A DNA stretch of 64,000 nt from Alphaproteobacteria bacterium (GTDB lineage: Bacteria; Pseudomonadota; Alphaproteobacteria; UBA828). The stretch spans positions 768,001-832,000 of the forward strand of contig CAXXMU010000002.1 of the NCBI GenBank assembly GCA_963667785.2, in the 5' to 3' direction. The translations under genes were made by a program, and so were the position numbers. This document shows, piece by piece, positions 38,535 to 48,269 of the stretch. Within the stretch, counting starts at the first letter, position 1. Each line of letters begins with the position of its first letter. The notes beneath the pieces were generated by a model. That model was given only the letters and a program-made list of their open reading frames with translations, made no database searches and had not been told where the DNA came from.

Positions 38535-38564
38535 GGCGGCGCCCCCCTTCCCTGCCCGTTCGCG

Positions 38565-40091
38565 CTAGCGGTTGGTCGGCCAGCGCGGCTGGTTGTCGCT
38601 GCCCCAGCGGTTGATGCCGATATCGGTCTCGGCGCAGCGCCGCCAGACCTCGGCGAGCGGCGGGATGAACGGCCTGTTCATGGCCTCCAACCGCTCCTGG
38701 TCGGCCCTGATCTGCGGCATCATGTCGCGCAGCTCGTCCATCAGCGCCGCCTCGTCGACCCGCGTGAGCCGGCCGCTCTCGACCATGATCTCGCCGTTGA
38801 CGATCACGGTCTCCACCGAGGAGCCGTTCTCGCAGTAGACGAGGTGGTTGCGCACGTCGTTGAGCGGCGTGAAGTTGGCCGTGCGCATGTCGAGGATCGC
38901 CATGTCGGCTCGCTTGCCGGGCTCCAGCGAGCCGATCTCGTCCTCGAGGAGCACGCTGTAGGCGCCGCCCACGGTCGCCGCGTGCAGCACCTCGCCGGCC
39001 TCGAGCCAGTAGGCGTTGTCGGGCGAGGTGACGTTGTGCATGAGGCCCGCGCACTGCATCACGCTGAACATGCGGGGCGTGTCGCTGGTGGAGAGCCCGT
39101 CCGAGCCCAGCGCCAGGTTGACGCCGGCATCGAGCAGCCGGCGCACGGGGCAGAGACCGGAGCCGAGCTTGAGGTTGGAGAGTGCGTTGTGGACCACCGA
39201 GCACCGCGCCTCGCCCAGCAGCGCGATGTCCTCGTCGGTGAGCCAGACGCCGTGCGCGATGGTGGTATTGCGGTTGAGCAGGCCGAGATCGTGCATATAG
39301 CGGACCAGCGTCTTGCCGTAGAGCGCGTGGCCGGTGACCGCCTGGACCTTGGATTCGAGGATGTGGGTGTGGAAGGGCAGCCCGTTGGCGCGGGCGAACT
39401 CGTCCGTTGCCCGCATCAGGGGCTCGGTGCAGCGCTGGGGACCGGAGGGCGCCGGCATGAAGCGGAGCCTACCCGCACGGCCGTCATGGAGGGCGTACGC
39501 CTCCTCGCAGAACGCCGCGAAGTCATCTGCCGTCGGCGGCTCCATTGCGTCGACCTCGCGCTTCAGGTCGAGCGGCAGCAGGTCGTTCAGATGGACGATC
39601 GAGTCGGGCAGCCTGCGGTTGATGACGTGGCCGGAGATCGAGGCCCGCAGGCCCACATCCTCGTAGGCCTGAAAAACCGCGCCGATGGTCTCCATCGACT
39701 GGAGGGGAAACTCCAGGATGTCGTCGGAGAAGTAGGTGACCCCGGTCTTGATCGCGTCCATGGCGCAGAGCGCCGACCGCAGGTAGATCATGCGGGGCGT
39801 GAGCTCGGGCGCGCCGAGGATGCCGTAGGCGAGCGTCATCCAGAGCTCCAGCGGCATGTTGTCGTAGCGCCCCTTGGCGAAGGCCTCCGGCGTGTGGATG
39901 TGGGCGTTGATCAGTCCGGGGATCACCAGCTTGCCCTCGCTGGGGATGACGCGATCGGCCTCCGGCCGGGCCTCGCTCTCGCCGACGGCGGCGATGCGCT
40001 CGCCTTCGATCAGGATGTCGCCCCGGAAGGGCTCGCTGCCATGCGTGGGGTCCATGGCGACGATGGTGGCGCCCTCGATCAGTATCGACAT
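38565..40091 (-). CDS. Metal-dependent amidohydrolase (AtzA/TrzA/MTA-SAH deaminase-like)
   Basis: PGLINAHIH, HTHILES, AHGVW, SNLKLGSG, LGSDG and GSLEPGKRAD. Confidence 0.9.
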   Translation of the reverse strand: MSILIEGATIVAMDPTHGSEPFRGDILIEGERIAAVGESEARPEADRVIPSEGKLVIPGLINAHIHTPEAFAKGRYDNMPLELWMTLAYGILGAPELTPRMIYLRSALCAMDAIKTGVTYFSDDILEFPLQSMETIGAVFQAYEDVGLRASISGHVINRRLPDSIVHLNDLLPLDLKREVDAMEPPTADDFAAFCEEAYALHDGRAGRLRFMPAPSGPQRCTEPLMRATDEFARANGLPFHTHILESKVQAVTGHALYGKTLVRYMHDLGLLNRNTTIAHGVWLTDEDIALLGEARCSVVHNALSNLKLGSGLCPVRRLLDAGVNLALGSDGLSTSDTPRMFSVMQCAGLMHNVTSPDNAYWLEAGEVLHAATVGGAYSVLLEDEIGSLEPGKRADMAILDMRTANFTPLNDVRNHLVYCENGSSVETVIVNGEIMVESGRLTRVDEAALMDELRDMMPQIRADQERLEAMNRPFIPPLAEVWRRCAETDIGINRWGSDNQPRWPTNR

Positions 40092-40191
40092 GCGTCGGCC
40101 CCTCTCCCTGCTCTGGCAATCCTAGCAGAACTGGCCTATCTCCCCATGCAGTCGGCGGGATCGCCGCCGCGCCCGCCACGGGAGAAGAGCA

Positions 40192-41235
40192 GTGCTGCAA
40201 CTGGGCCTCGTGCTCGGCTATTCGGGCCGGGACTTCACCATCGACATCGACCTCGTCCGCGAGGCGGAATCGCTCGGCTACGAGTCGATCTGGACCTCCG
40301 AGGCCTACGGCTCGGACGCGGTGACTCCGGCTACCTGGATCCTCGCCCGGACCGAGCGGATGACGGTCGGCACCGCGCTCATGCAGATGCCGGCGCGCAC
40401 GCCGGCCTGCGCCGCCATGACCGCGATGACGCTCCAGGCGCTCTCGGGCGGCCGCTTCGTCCTCGGCATCGGGCCGTCGGGGCCGCAGGTGATCGAGGGC
40501 TGGCACGGGGTGGCCTACGGCAAGCCGCACGAGCGGCTGCGCGAGTACGTCTCGATCGTGCGCAGCATCGTCGCGCGCGAGGAGCCGGTGGTCCACGAGG
40601 GCATGCACTACTCGCTCCCCTATCGCGGCCCCGACGCGACCGGCCTCGGCAAGCCGCTGAAGAGCATCCTCCACGCGCGCCATCCGCTGCCGATCTACAC
40701 CGGCTCGGTCTCGCCTGCCGGGCTCAGGCTCGCCGGCGAGATCACCGACGGGCTGTTCCCGCTCTTCATGATGCCCGAGCGCGCGCACGTCTATCTCGAC
40801 CCGCTGACCGAAGGCTTCCGCCGCGGCGGCCACGGCGAGCGGCGCGAGGGCTTCGCCATCGCGCCCTTCGTCCAGACCAGGATCGACGAGGATCACGCGC
40901 GCGCCCTGGCCCCGGTCAAGCAGTCGCTCGCGCTCTATGTCGGCGGCATGGGCGCACGCGGGCGCAACTTCTACAACGACTACGCGCACCGGCTCGGATT
41001 CGGCGAGGCCGCCAAGCGCATCCAGGACCTCTTCCTTGCGGGCGACAAGCAGGGCGCGGCCGAGGCCGTGCCCGACGAGTTCGCCGACGGCATCGCCCTG
41101 GTCGGACCCAGGGCGCACATCAAGGAGCGACTCGCCGCGTGGAGGAAGGCGGCGGACGAGGGCGCGGTAACGGCGCTGCTGCTCGGCGGCGCGGGCCGCG
41201 ACGAGATCCGCTTCCTCGCCGAGGAGATGCTCTGA
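40192..41235 (+). CDS. LLM-class (probably F420-dependent) oxidoreductase
   Basis: AESLGYESIWTSEAYGSDAVT, QMPARTPA, GPSGPQVIEGWHG and ALYVGGMGARGRNFYN; Rv3520c-like LLM subfamily pattern. Confidence 0.85.
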   Translation: MLQLGLVLGYSGRDFTIDIDLVREAESLGYESIWTSEAYGSDAVTPATWILARTERMTVGTALMQMPARTPACAAMTAMTLQALSGGRFVLGIGPSGPQVIEGWHGVAYGKPHERLREYVSIVRSIVAREEPVVHEGMHYSLPYRGPDATGLGKPLKSILHARHPLPIYTGSVSPAGLRLAGEITDGLFPLFMMPERAHVYLDPLTEGFRRGGHGERREGFAIAPFVQTRIDEDHARALAPVKQSLALYVGGMGARGRNFYNDYAHRLGFGEAAKRIQDLFLAGDKQGAAEAVPDEFADGIALVGPRAHIKERLAAWRKAADEGAVTALLLGGAGRDEIRFLAEEML

Positions 41236-41267
41236 CCCGGAGCGGGGCTGAGCGGGAGCGGCAGGGC

Positions 41268-41930
41268 ATGAGGCGCTGGCTGCTCCTCCCGGCTCTCGCG
41301 CTCTGCGCCGCCTGGCTCGCCACCTGCGAGAGCGGGCCACCACCGTCTGATGCCGAGGGGCCGCGCACTCATCCCATCCGGGTCGCGAGCAACGGCTGGC
41401 ACACGGCGATTATCGTGCCCGCGCCCGCCCTCGCCGCGACGGGCCTGCTGCCCGAGGCGGCGGATTTTTCCGGCGCCGCCTATCTGGAGTTCGGCTGGGG
41501 CGACCGCGTCTACTACCCGGCGAAGGACAAGACCCTCGGCATGACCCTCGCCGCGGCGCTGACGCCGACGCCGGCAGTCATGCACATGGCCGGCCTCCGG
41601 GCAGCGCCCGAGGACGGCCGCGGGGGCCGCGAAGTCGTCACGCTCGCCCTGACCGAAGCGGGCTTCCGGCGCCTGGCCGAGGCGCTCGATGCGACCTTCG
41701 AGCGTCCTGCCGGGGCCGAGCGCGCCGCGCCCATCTCGCGCGGGCTATACCCCGGCAGCCGCTTCTACCACGCGCGCGGGACGTTTCACCTGCTCAACAC
41801 CTGCAACACGTGGACGGCGCGCATGCTGAGCACCGGCGGGGTGTCGGTCTCCCCGGCCGGCGTCGTCACCGCCGACGGGCTGATGTTCCGCCTGCGCGGT
41901 CTGTCGCGCCCCGCAACCGAGCCGGAGTGA
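41268..41930 (+). CDS. DUF2459-family protein
   Basis: C-terminal end of ORF 37503..41930. Signal peptide, SNGWHTAI, EFGWGDR and FHLLNTCNTWTA. Confidence 0.82.
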   Translation: MRRWLLLPALALCAAWLATCESGPPPSDAEGPRTHPIRVASNGWHTAIIVPAPALAATGLLPEAADFSGAAYLEFGWGDRVYYPAKDKTLGMTLAAALTPTPAVMHMAGLRAAPEDGRGGREVVTLALTEAGFRRLAEALDATFERPAGAERAAPISRGLYPGSRFYHARGTFHLLNTCNTWTARMLSTGGVSVSPAGVVTADGLMFRLRGLSRPATEPE

Positions 41931-42001
41931 ACGCCGATCGCGCCGGGAGTATATTGCCGCGCGCATAATCCCGCGGGCGGGCGCGACTTTACTGCCGCGC
42001 G

Positions 42002-42036
42002 CACGGCCCTGCGGGCGTGCGCGACGCAGGGCCGTG
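42002..42036. terminator. Hairpin between convergent genes (likely bidirectional terminator)
   Basis: 12-bp perfect stem CACGGCCCTGCG/CGCAGGGCCGTG. Confidence 0.55.
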
Positions 42037-42056
42037 AACCTGTTGAGAAAAGCGGG

Positions 42057-42395
42057 CTACTCGCCGAGTGAGCTCAGCGCGCCTTCGCGGGTGTCGTGGA
42101 TCGGGATGATCTTGTCGAAGCCGCTGATCTCGAACACCTCCTTGACCGGACCGGAGAGCGAGCAGAGCGCGAACTTGGCGTCACGCTTCCACAGCGTCTT
42201 GGCGGTCATCAGCACGGCGCGGAGCCCCGCACTGCTGATGTACGAGAGATTCTCGAAGTCCATGATCACGGCGCTGTCGCCGTCTTCGATCTTGGTTCGG
42301 ACCGCTTCCTCGAAGTCGCGGGCATTGGTGCTGTCGATGCGTCCGTCTACCCGGGCGGTCAGGGCGCTCCCGTCGCGCTCGATCGTCAACTCCAT
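42057..42395 (-). CDS. STAS-domain anti-sigma factor antagonist
   Basis: GRIDSTNA, DFENLSYISSAGLR (phosphorylatable Ser) and VFEISGF; RBS GGAGG. Confidence 0.92.
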   Translation of the reverse strand: MELTIERDGSALTARVDGRIDSTNARDFEEAVRTKIEDGDSAVIMDFENLSYISSAGLRAVLMTAKTLWKRDAKFALCSLSGPVKEVFEISGFDKIIPIHDTREGALSSLGE

Positions 42396-42521
42396 TGCCT
42401 CCGCCTCCCGTCACAGTGCCGCCGGGGATCATACAGCGTGTTCGGAGCTTGCCACACCCCAATTTGCGTGCAGATCAGATGGCGCGGGGGAGCAGCCCGG
42501 CGGCACCCCTCCCGGCCCGCG

Positions 42522-43949
42522 TCAATCGTCGGTCTCAGGCATCAGCACGAACTCGGGATACGACTCGATGCCGAGCTCCGCCGCATCCTGCCCGAGCTCC
42601 TCGTGAGCGGGCGGGATCCGCGCGCCCAGGAGCTTGTCGATGATGTACCAAGACAGGAACGACGTGCCGAAGACGAAAGCGCCGATGGCGAGAATGCCGA
42701 TGATCTGCACGACCGGGTCTCCGCCGGCGGCGATGCAGACCGCAAGCGTTCCCCAGACACCGGCGAAGAGGTGCGCCGGAACCGCGCCGACCACGTCGTC
42801 CACCTTGAGCATCTCGAGCAGTTTGACGCCGAGCACGACGATCGCGCCGCCGATCGCGCCGATGATAACGGCGAAGTAGTGATCGACGATGTCGGGGCCG
42901 GCGGTGATCGCCACCAGGCCGGCGATGGCGCCGTTCAGGCTGGTGACAAGATCGACGCGCCCCATGATCGGCCGCGACAGCGAGATCGCCGCCAGCACGC
43001 CGGCCGCCGCGGCGAGGTTGGTGTTGGCCAGGATGTTGCTCAGCGCCACGGCGTCGATGGCGCCGCTAAGCGCGAGCTGCGAGCCGCCGTTGAAGCCGAA
43101 CCAGCCGAGCCAGAGGATGAACACGCCGAGCGTCACCGCCGGCACGTTGGAGGGCGCCGTCGTCTTGACGCTGCCGTCTTCGCGGAACTTGCCCTTGCGC
43201 GCGCCGACGATCATGGCGCCGGCCAGCGCGGCCCAGCCGCCGGTCGAATGCACGATCGTGGAGCCGGCAAAGTCCTGGAAGCCCATCTGGGAGAGCCAGC
43301 CGCCGCCCCAGGTCCAGGAGCCGATCACCGGATAGATGAAGGCGGTCAGCAGCGCGATGAAGACGAAGAACGACCAGAGCTTCACCCGCTCGGCCAGCGT
43401 GCCCGAGACGATGGAGGCGGTGGTCGCGACGAACACCATCTGGAAGAACCAGTCGGACATGGTGGAGTAGCCGTTCTCCACCACCGCCTCGGTGACGGAC
43501 TCGTCGCCGCCAAGCAGGGCTATTTCGTCGCCTGTCGTCGAGTAGGGATGGGCGAAGGAACCGACCCAGCTCACCACGTCGACGTACATGAGATTGTAGC
43601 CGACCAGGTAGTAGGTGAGCCCGGCGATGGAATAGAGGCCGATGTTCTTGAGGCAGATGACCGATGCGTTCTTGGTTCGCACCGAGCCGGCCTCCAGCAT
43701 GGTGAAGCCGGCGCACATCCACATGACCAGCGCGCCCCAGACGAGGAACGAGAAGCTGTTGAGGATGAACTGCGTCTCCGCCGAGACCGCGGCATAGGCC
43801 TGCGGCACCACGAACACCAGCGACAGCGTGAGCACGACGACCAGGGCCGCGATGCGCCAGCCCGATCTGCCGGCGGAGCGGAAGAGCCCCAGCCCCAGAC
43901 GGGAGGAGGCAGACGACGTGGCATGCGTAACCCTGAATTCGTCCCGCAT
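42522..43949 (-). CDS. amtB: Ammonium transporter (Amt family)
   Basis: MCAGFTMLEAG, FFQMVF, DFAGSTIVH, LWLGWFGFNGGS and DDVVGAVPAH. Start taken at ATG 43949 (RBS GGGAG). Confidence 0.94.
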   Translation of the reverse strand: MRDEFRVTHATSSASSRLGLGLFRSAGRSGWRIAALVVVLTLSLVFVVPQAYAAVSAETQFILNSFSFLVWGALVMWMCAGFTMLEAGSVRTKNASVICLKNIGLYSIAGLTYYLVGYNLMYVDVVSWVGSFAHPYSTTGDEIALLGGDESVTEAVVENGYSTMSDWFFQMVFVATTASIVSGTLAERVKLWSFFVFIALLTAFIYPVIGSWTWGGGWLSQMGFQDFAGSTIVHSTGGWAALAGAMIVGARKGKFREDGSVKTTAPSNVPAVTLGVFILWLGWFGFNGGSQLALSGAIDAVALSNILANTNLAAAAGVLAAISLSRPIMGRVDLVTSLNGAIAGLVAITAGPDIVDHYFAVIIGAIGGAIVVLGVKLLEMLKVDDVVGAVPAHLFAGVWGTLAVCIAAGGDPVVQIIGILAIGAFVFGTSFLSWYIIDKLLGARIPPAHEELGQDAAELGIESYPEFVLMPETDD

Positions 43950-43983
43950 AGTCGACTCCCGGTCAGCGTTCACGGCTTCGTGA

Positions 43984-44013
43984 AAGATGCCCTATATGCA
44001 GAAGTACTGTCAA
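43984..44013 (-). promoter_or_regulatory. Candidate sigma70 promoter for amt in an AT-rich spacer
   Basis: Minus strand TTGACA-N18-CATCTT in the most AT-rich intergenic patch nearby. Confidence 0.4.
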
Positions 44014-44097
44014 TTGTGAGCACTTCCAAAAAATCCTTATCTGGCATGGCGATAGCATCAATTTCGCATATTGCGGCAGGCGCACGGGGACGCAAAC

Positions 44098-45558
44098 CTA
44101 TCCAGCTAGGCTGCGGAGAACGCCGGGCAGCATTTCGGCAAGATCTTCGGCGATCAGGCCGGGGCCGAAGGCGGCCGCGGAGGCGCCGTGCAGCCAGACC
44201 CCTGCGGCAGCCGCCTCGAAGGCCGGCATTCCCTGCGCCAGCAGGCCGAGAATGACGCCCGCCAGGACATCGCCCGCGCCCGCCGTCGCCAGCGTGGGCG
44301 GCGCGTTGGCGTTGATCGCTGCGCGGCCGTCGGGTGCGGCGATCACGCTGTCGGCGCCCTTGAGCACCACCACCGCGCCGCATTCCGCCGCCGCCGCGCG
44401 GGCGCGGGAGAGCTTGTCGCCTTCGTGGCGGAAGAGGCGCCCGTACTCCCCCTCGTGCGGGGTCAGCACGGCGTCGGGCCCGAGCGCGGCGAACAGCGCC
44501 CCCGGCTCGCTCTGGAACGCGGTGAGCGCGTCGGCATCGAGCACGCAGCGCTTGCCGGCGCCGAGCGCGGCCAGCGCCTGCCCGCGGGTTGCCGGGCCCG
44601 TGCCGCAGCCGGGCCCGATGAGCAGCGCGTTGCGCCGCTCGTCGGCGAGCGCGACGCCGAGCTCGGCCGTGGACGCCACCATCACGGCGGTGAGCTGGGC
44701 CGCATAGAGGTGAACGGCAGCCTCGGGCGCATGCACGGTGACCAGCCCGGCGCCGACCCTGAGCGCCGCGCGCGCCGCAAGGCGCGCCGCGCCGGAGTGC
44801 GCCCCGTCGCCGCCCACCACCAGCGCATGGCCGCGGCTGTATTTGTGATCGGCGAGCGCCGGCCGGGGCATTGCCGCCCGCCAGCGCGCCGGCGCGTTCT
44901 CGTGCACCCGGAGGTCCAGCCCGTCGATCACCGCAGGGGGAATGCCGATGTCGGCGACCTCCACCTCGCCGGCGCACGCGCGCCCCGGCAGCAGCAGGTG
45001 GCCGTACTTGCGCCGGCCGAAGGTCACGGTCAGCGTCGCCCGGAAGGCGCCGCCGAGCGCCTGGCCGGTGTCGCCGTGAATGCCGCTCGGCACGTCGACC
45101 GAGACGCAGGCGAGGCCCCGGGCGCCGCTCGCCTCGGCCAGCGCCAGCGCGTGGCCTTCGAGCGGCCGGGCGAGGCCTGCGCCGAAGAGCGCATCGACCA
45201 CCAGCGGCCCGTCGTCGAGGAGCGCCGGCGCCAACGGCTCGACCGGATGCTCCCAGTGCGCCGCCATCGCCGCGGCATCGCCCTTCAGGCGCTCGCGGCT
45301 GCCGAGAAGCCCGAGGCGCACCGGCCAGCCGGCATCGGACAGCAACCGGGCCGCGACGAAGCCGTCGCCGCCGTTGTTGCCGGGGCCGCAGAGCACCGAC
45401 ACCGGCCTCCGCCCCCAGCGCCGGATCACGGCTTGCGCCACCGCGCGGCCGGCGTTCTCCATCAGCGTCAGCCCCGGCGTGCCCGCGCGGGCCGCCGCCG
45501 CATCGGCCGCGTACATCTCGGCGACGGAGAAAAGGGCGAGAGCGCCGGCGTCGCTCAT
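44098..45558 (-). CDS. nnr: NAD(P)H-hydrate epimerase/dehydratase
   Basis: LMENAG, CGPGNNGGDG, DALFGAGL, HKYSRG, TPHEGE and LATAGAGDVLAG. Confidence 0.95.
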   Translation of the reverse strand: MSDAGALALFSVAEMYAADAAAARAGTPGLTLMENAGRAVAQAVIRRWGRRPVSVLCGPGNNGGDGFVAARLLSDAGWPVRLGLLGSRERLKGDAAAMAAHWEHPVEPLAPALLDDGPLVVDALFGAGLARPLEGHALALAEASGARGLACVSVDVPSGIHGDTGQALGGAFRATLTVTFGRRKYGHLLLPGRACAGEVEVADIGIPPAVIDGLDLRVHENAPARWRAAMPRPALADHKYSRGHALVVGGDGAHSGAARLAARAALRVGAGLVTVHAPEAAVHLYAAQLTAVMVASTAELGVALADERRNALLIGPGCGTGPATRGQALAALGAGKRCVLDADALTAFQSEPGALFAALGPDAVLTPHEGEYGRLFRHEGDKLSRARAAAAECGAVVVLKGADSVIAAPDGRAAINANAPPTLATAGAGDVLAGVILGLLAQGMPAFEAAAAGVWLHGASAAAFGPGLIAEDLAEMLPGVLRSLAG

Positions 45559-46256
45559 CCGGGCGCGGTATGGAAGAGATCGACCCGCATCGGTTGCACG
45601 AAGGCATAGTCGCCCGCCTCCGTGCAGCCGGCCTCGAAGAGCCGCTTCACGGTCTCGCTCCGCACGGCGTCGGCGCCGTAGCTGTTGTAGCTGAGGCCGG
45701 AGAAGAGCGTGACGAACTCGTCGTGGCTCGCGAAGCGCCGCTCGATCTCGTAGTGCACCTCCCGCGCGACGGCAAAGAGCGGGGCCGTGTCCACGAGCGC
45801 CTCGCGGGCCTGGCGGCGGACCTCGGTCTCGTCGTGGAAGGGCTTCATGACCGCCGAGAACGCCCCTTCCATCACCGGCTCCAGCACGTAGACGAAGCCG
45901 CCGGGCCGGAGCACCCGCCGCGCCTCGGCCAGCGCCGGCCGCATGGCGGCCTCCGGGACATGGTGGAGGGAGCGGCCGAAGATCACCCCGTCCACGCCGC
46001 CGTCGTCGGCCGGGAGCGATTCCGCCCGCCCCTCGGCCAGGGTCACGCCGTCTGCCTCGGGCGCCTCCCGGTTGCGCGCGGCCTGGACCGGGTTGGGCTC
46101 GACCCCGAGCACGGTGGCGCCGCGCGCGGCGAGCTCACGGGCAAGGGCGCCTGCGCCGCAGCCGACGTCGATCAGCGACAGCTCGCGCACCTCCACGAGC
46201 CGGCTCAGCACCGCGAGATCGGTGCTGCGCCCCCAGTGTTCGACGTCTCCCGGCAC
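45555..46256 (-). CDS. Class I SAM-dependent methyltransferase
   Basis: IDVGCGAG, AESLP..DGGVDGV, SLHHV and RVLRPGG. Confidence 0.88.
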   Translation of the reverse strand: MPGDVEHWGRSTDLAVLSRLVEVRELSLIDVGCGAGALARELAARGATVLGVEPNPVQAARNREAPEADGVTLAEGRAESLPADDGGVDGVIFGRSLHHVPEAAMRPALAEARRVLRPGGFVYVLEPVMEGAFSAVMKPFHDETEVRRQAREALVDTAPLFAVAREVHYEIERRFASHDEFVTLFSGLSYNSYGADAVRSETVKRLFEAGCTEAGDYAFVQPMRVDLFHTAPG

Positions 46257-46350
46257 GAGATTGAGAATAGCCTCCGCCCCAAGTTCACGCTAGGCGAACG
46301 GGCGCGCCCGTTCGATGATAAGCGCCGCCTATTCCGGCCGGAGATGCCGC

Positions 46351-47871
46351 ATGGTTGCCCATATCGAGACCGTCGCCTTCCAGGGAATCGAGGCGCTGCC
46401 GGTCGACGTACAGGTGCATATCGGCGCCGGCCTGCCCGCGTTCACCGTGGTCGGCCTGCCGGACAAGGCGGTGGCCGAGAGCCGGGAGCGGGTGCGTGGC
46501 GCGCTCTCGGGCCTGGGCCTGGCGCTACCGGCGAAGCGGATCACCGTCAATCTAGCGCCGGCGGACATGCAGAAGGAAGGCAGCCACTTCGACCTGCCGA
46601 TCGCGCTCGGGCTCCTGGTGGCGATGGAGGTGCTGACGGCGGACGATGTCGCCACCTACGTGGCGCTCGGCGAGCTCGGGCTGGACGGCGCTCTCAATCC
46701 CGTGGCCGGCGTACTGCCGGCGGCGATCGGCGCCAACGCGCGCGAGTACGGCCTGATCTGCCCGGCGGCCAACGGCGCGGAGGCTGCGTGGGCCGGCGGC
46801 GGCGAGGTCGTGGCGCCGACCGACCTGCTGGCGCTCATCAACCACTTCAAGGGAACGCAGCTCCTGGCGCTGCCGACGCCGGCGACGCACGCGCAGCAGC
46901 CGCGCTACCCGGACCTGCGCGACATCAAGGGGCAGGAGACGGTCAAGCGCGCCCTCGAGGTGGCCGCCGCCGGCGCCCACAACCTGCTGATGATCGGCCC
47001 ACCCGGAACCGGCAAGTCGATGCTGGCCTCGCGTCTGCCCGGCATCCTGCCACCGCTGGCGCCGGAGGAGGCGCTGGATGTCAGCATGATCGCCTCGGTC
47101 GCCGGCCTCCTCGACGGCAGCGGGCTGACCCGCAGCCGGCCGTTCCGTGACCCACACCATTCGGCCTCGATGGCGGCGATGGTGGGCGGCGGCGTTCGCG
47201 CCCGGCCCGGCGAGGTCTCGCTCGCGCATCTCGGCGTGCTGTTCCTGGACGAGCTGCCGGAGTTCCCCCGCCCGGTGCTCGACGCGCTGCGCCAGCCGAT
47301 CGAGAGCGGTGCGGTGGCGGTCGCGCGCGCCAACGCCCATGTGCGCTATCCCGCGCGCTTCCAGCTCGTCGCCGCCATGAACCCCTGCCGCTGTGGCTAC
47401 CTGTCGGATCCCGCGCGGGCCTGCTCGCGCGCCCCCAATTGCGCACGCGACTATCAGGTGCGCATCTCGGGTCCGCTCTACGACCGGATCGATCTCCACG
47501 TCGAGGTGCCGGAGCTCTCCGCCGCCGACCTCGCCCTGCCGCCGCCCGCCGAGGGCTCGGCCGAGGTCGCCGGGCGGGTCGCGGCTGCCCGCACGCTGCA
47601 GCGGGCCCGCTTCGAGGCGCTCGGCGCGGCGCCCGGAATGCGCACCAACGCCGAGGCCGAAGGCGAGACGCTCGACCTCATCGCGACGCCCGACGAGGAC
47701 GGGCGCGCCCTGCTGACGGAGGCGACGGACCGGCTCAGGCTGTCCGCCCGCGGCCATCACCGCGTGCTCCGAGTGGCGCGCACGATCGCGGATCTGGCCG
47801 GCGCCGAGACCGTGGCGCGCCGGCATATCGCGGAGGCCCTCTCCTACCGCCGCATCGGCCCCTACGGTTAG
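46351..47871 (+). CDS. comM: YifB/ComM Mg-chelatase-like AAA+ ATPase
   Basis: VGLPDKAVAESRERV, NLAPADMQKEGSHFDLPIA, GPPGTGKS, PGEVSLAH, AMNPCRCG and ISGPLYDRID. Confidence 0.92.
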   Translation: MVAHIETVAFQGIEALPVDVQVHIGAGLPAFTVVGLPDKAVAESRERVRGALSGLGLALPAKRITVNLAPADMQKEGSHFDLPIALGLLVAMEVLTADDVATYVALGELGLDGALNPVAGVLPAAIGANAREYGLICPAANGAEAAWAGGGEVVAPTDLLALINHFKGTQLLALPTPATHAQQPRYPDLRDIKGQETVKRALEVAAAGAHNLLMIGPPGTGKSMLASRLPGILPPLAPEEALDVSMIASVAGLLDGSGLTRSRPFRDPHHSASMAAMVGGGVRARPGEVSLAHLGVLFLDELPEFPRPVLDALRQPIESGAVAVARANAHVRYPARFQLVAAMNPCRCGYLSDPARACSRAPNCARDYQVRISGPLYDRIDLHVEVPELSAADLALPPPAEGSAEVAGRVAAARTLQRARFEALGAAPGMRTNAEAEGETLDLIATPDEDGRALLTEATDRLRLSARGHHRVLRVARTIADLAGAETVARRHIAEALSYRRIGPYG

Positions 47872-47906
47872 GCCCGGCGACGCCAGGGCGCCGCTCGGCG
47901 TCTCTC

Positions 47907-48269
47907 TCAGCTCTCGGGGATCATGCGCCCCAGGCGGCGGCCGCCACAGATGTGGACGTGGAAGTGGGGCACCTCCTGGCCGCCGTGGGCGCCGGTGTTG
48001 GCGATGGTGCGGAAGCCCGGCCCGTCCAGCCCGAGCGAACGGGCGATCTCGCCCACCGTCTTGAAGAAGCGCCCCACCTCGTCGGCCGACGCGTTCTGCG
48101 TGAAGTCGTCGAGCGAGACGTAGGCGCCCTTGGGGATCACCAGGACGTGCACCGGTGCCTGCGGCGCGATGTCGCGGAAGGCGAGGACGGCGTCGTCCTC
48201 GTAGACGGTGTCGTTGGGGATATCGCCGCGCAGGATCTTCGCGAATATGTTGTTCTCGTCGTAGCTCAT
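47907..48269 (-). CDS. hinT: Histidine triad nucleotide-binding protein
   Basis: [24 protein letters not shown] and HFHVH triad. Confidence 0.93.
   Translation of the reverse strand: MSYDENNIFAKILRGDIPNDTVYEDDAVLAFRDIAPQAPVHVLVIPKGAYVSLDDFTQNASADEVGRFFKTVGEIARSLGLDGPGFRTIANTGAHGGQEVPHFHVHICGGRRLGRMIPES

Noticed and set aside
37503-41267. 1475-aa + strand ORF as a giant protein
   Set aside because: It is the antisense/off-frame shadow of the ureohydrolase, amidohydrolase and LLM genes. Only the last ~220 aa (from 41268) are a real gene.
44042-44057. Sigma54-like TGGCAT-N5-TAGCA upstream of amt
   Set aside because: It is on the + strand, pointing away from amt into the 3' end of nnr, and the -12 element is imperfect.
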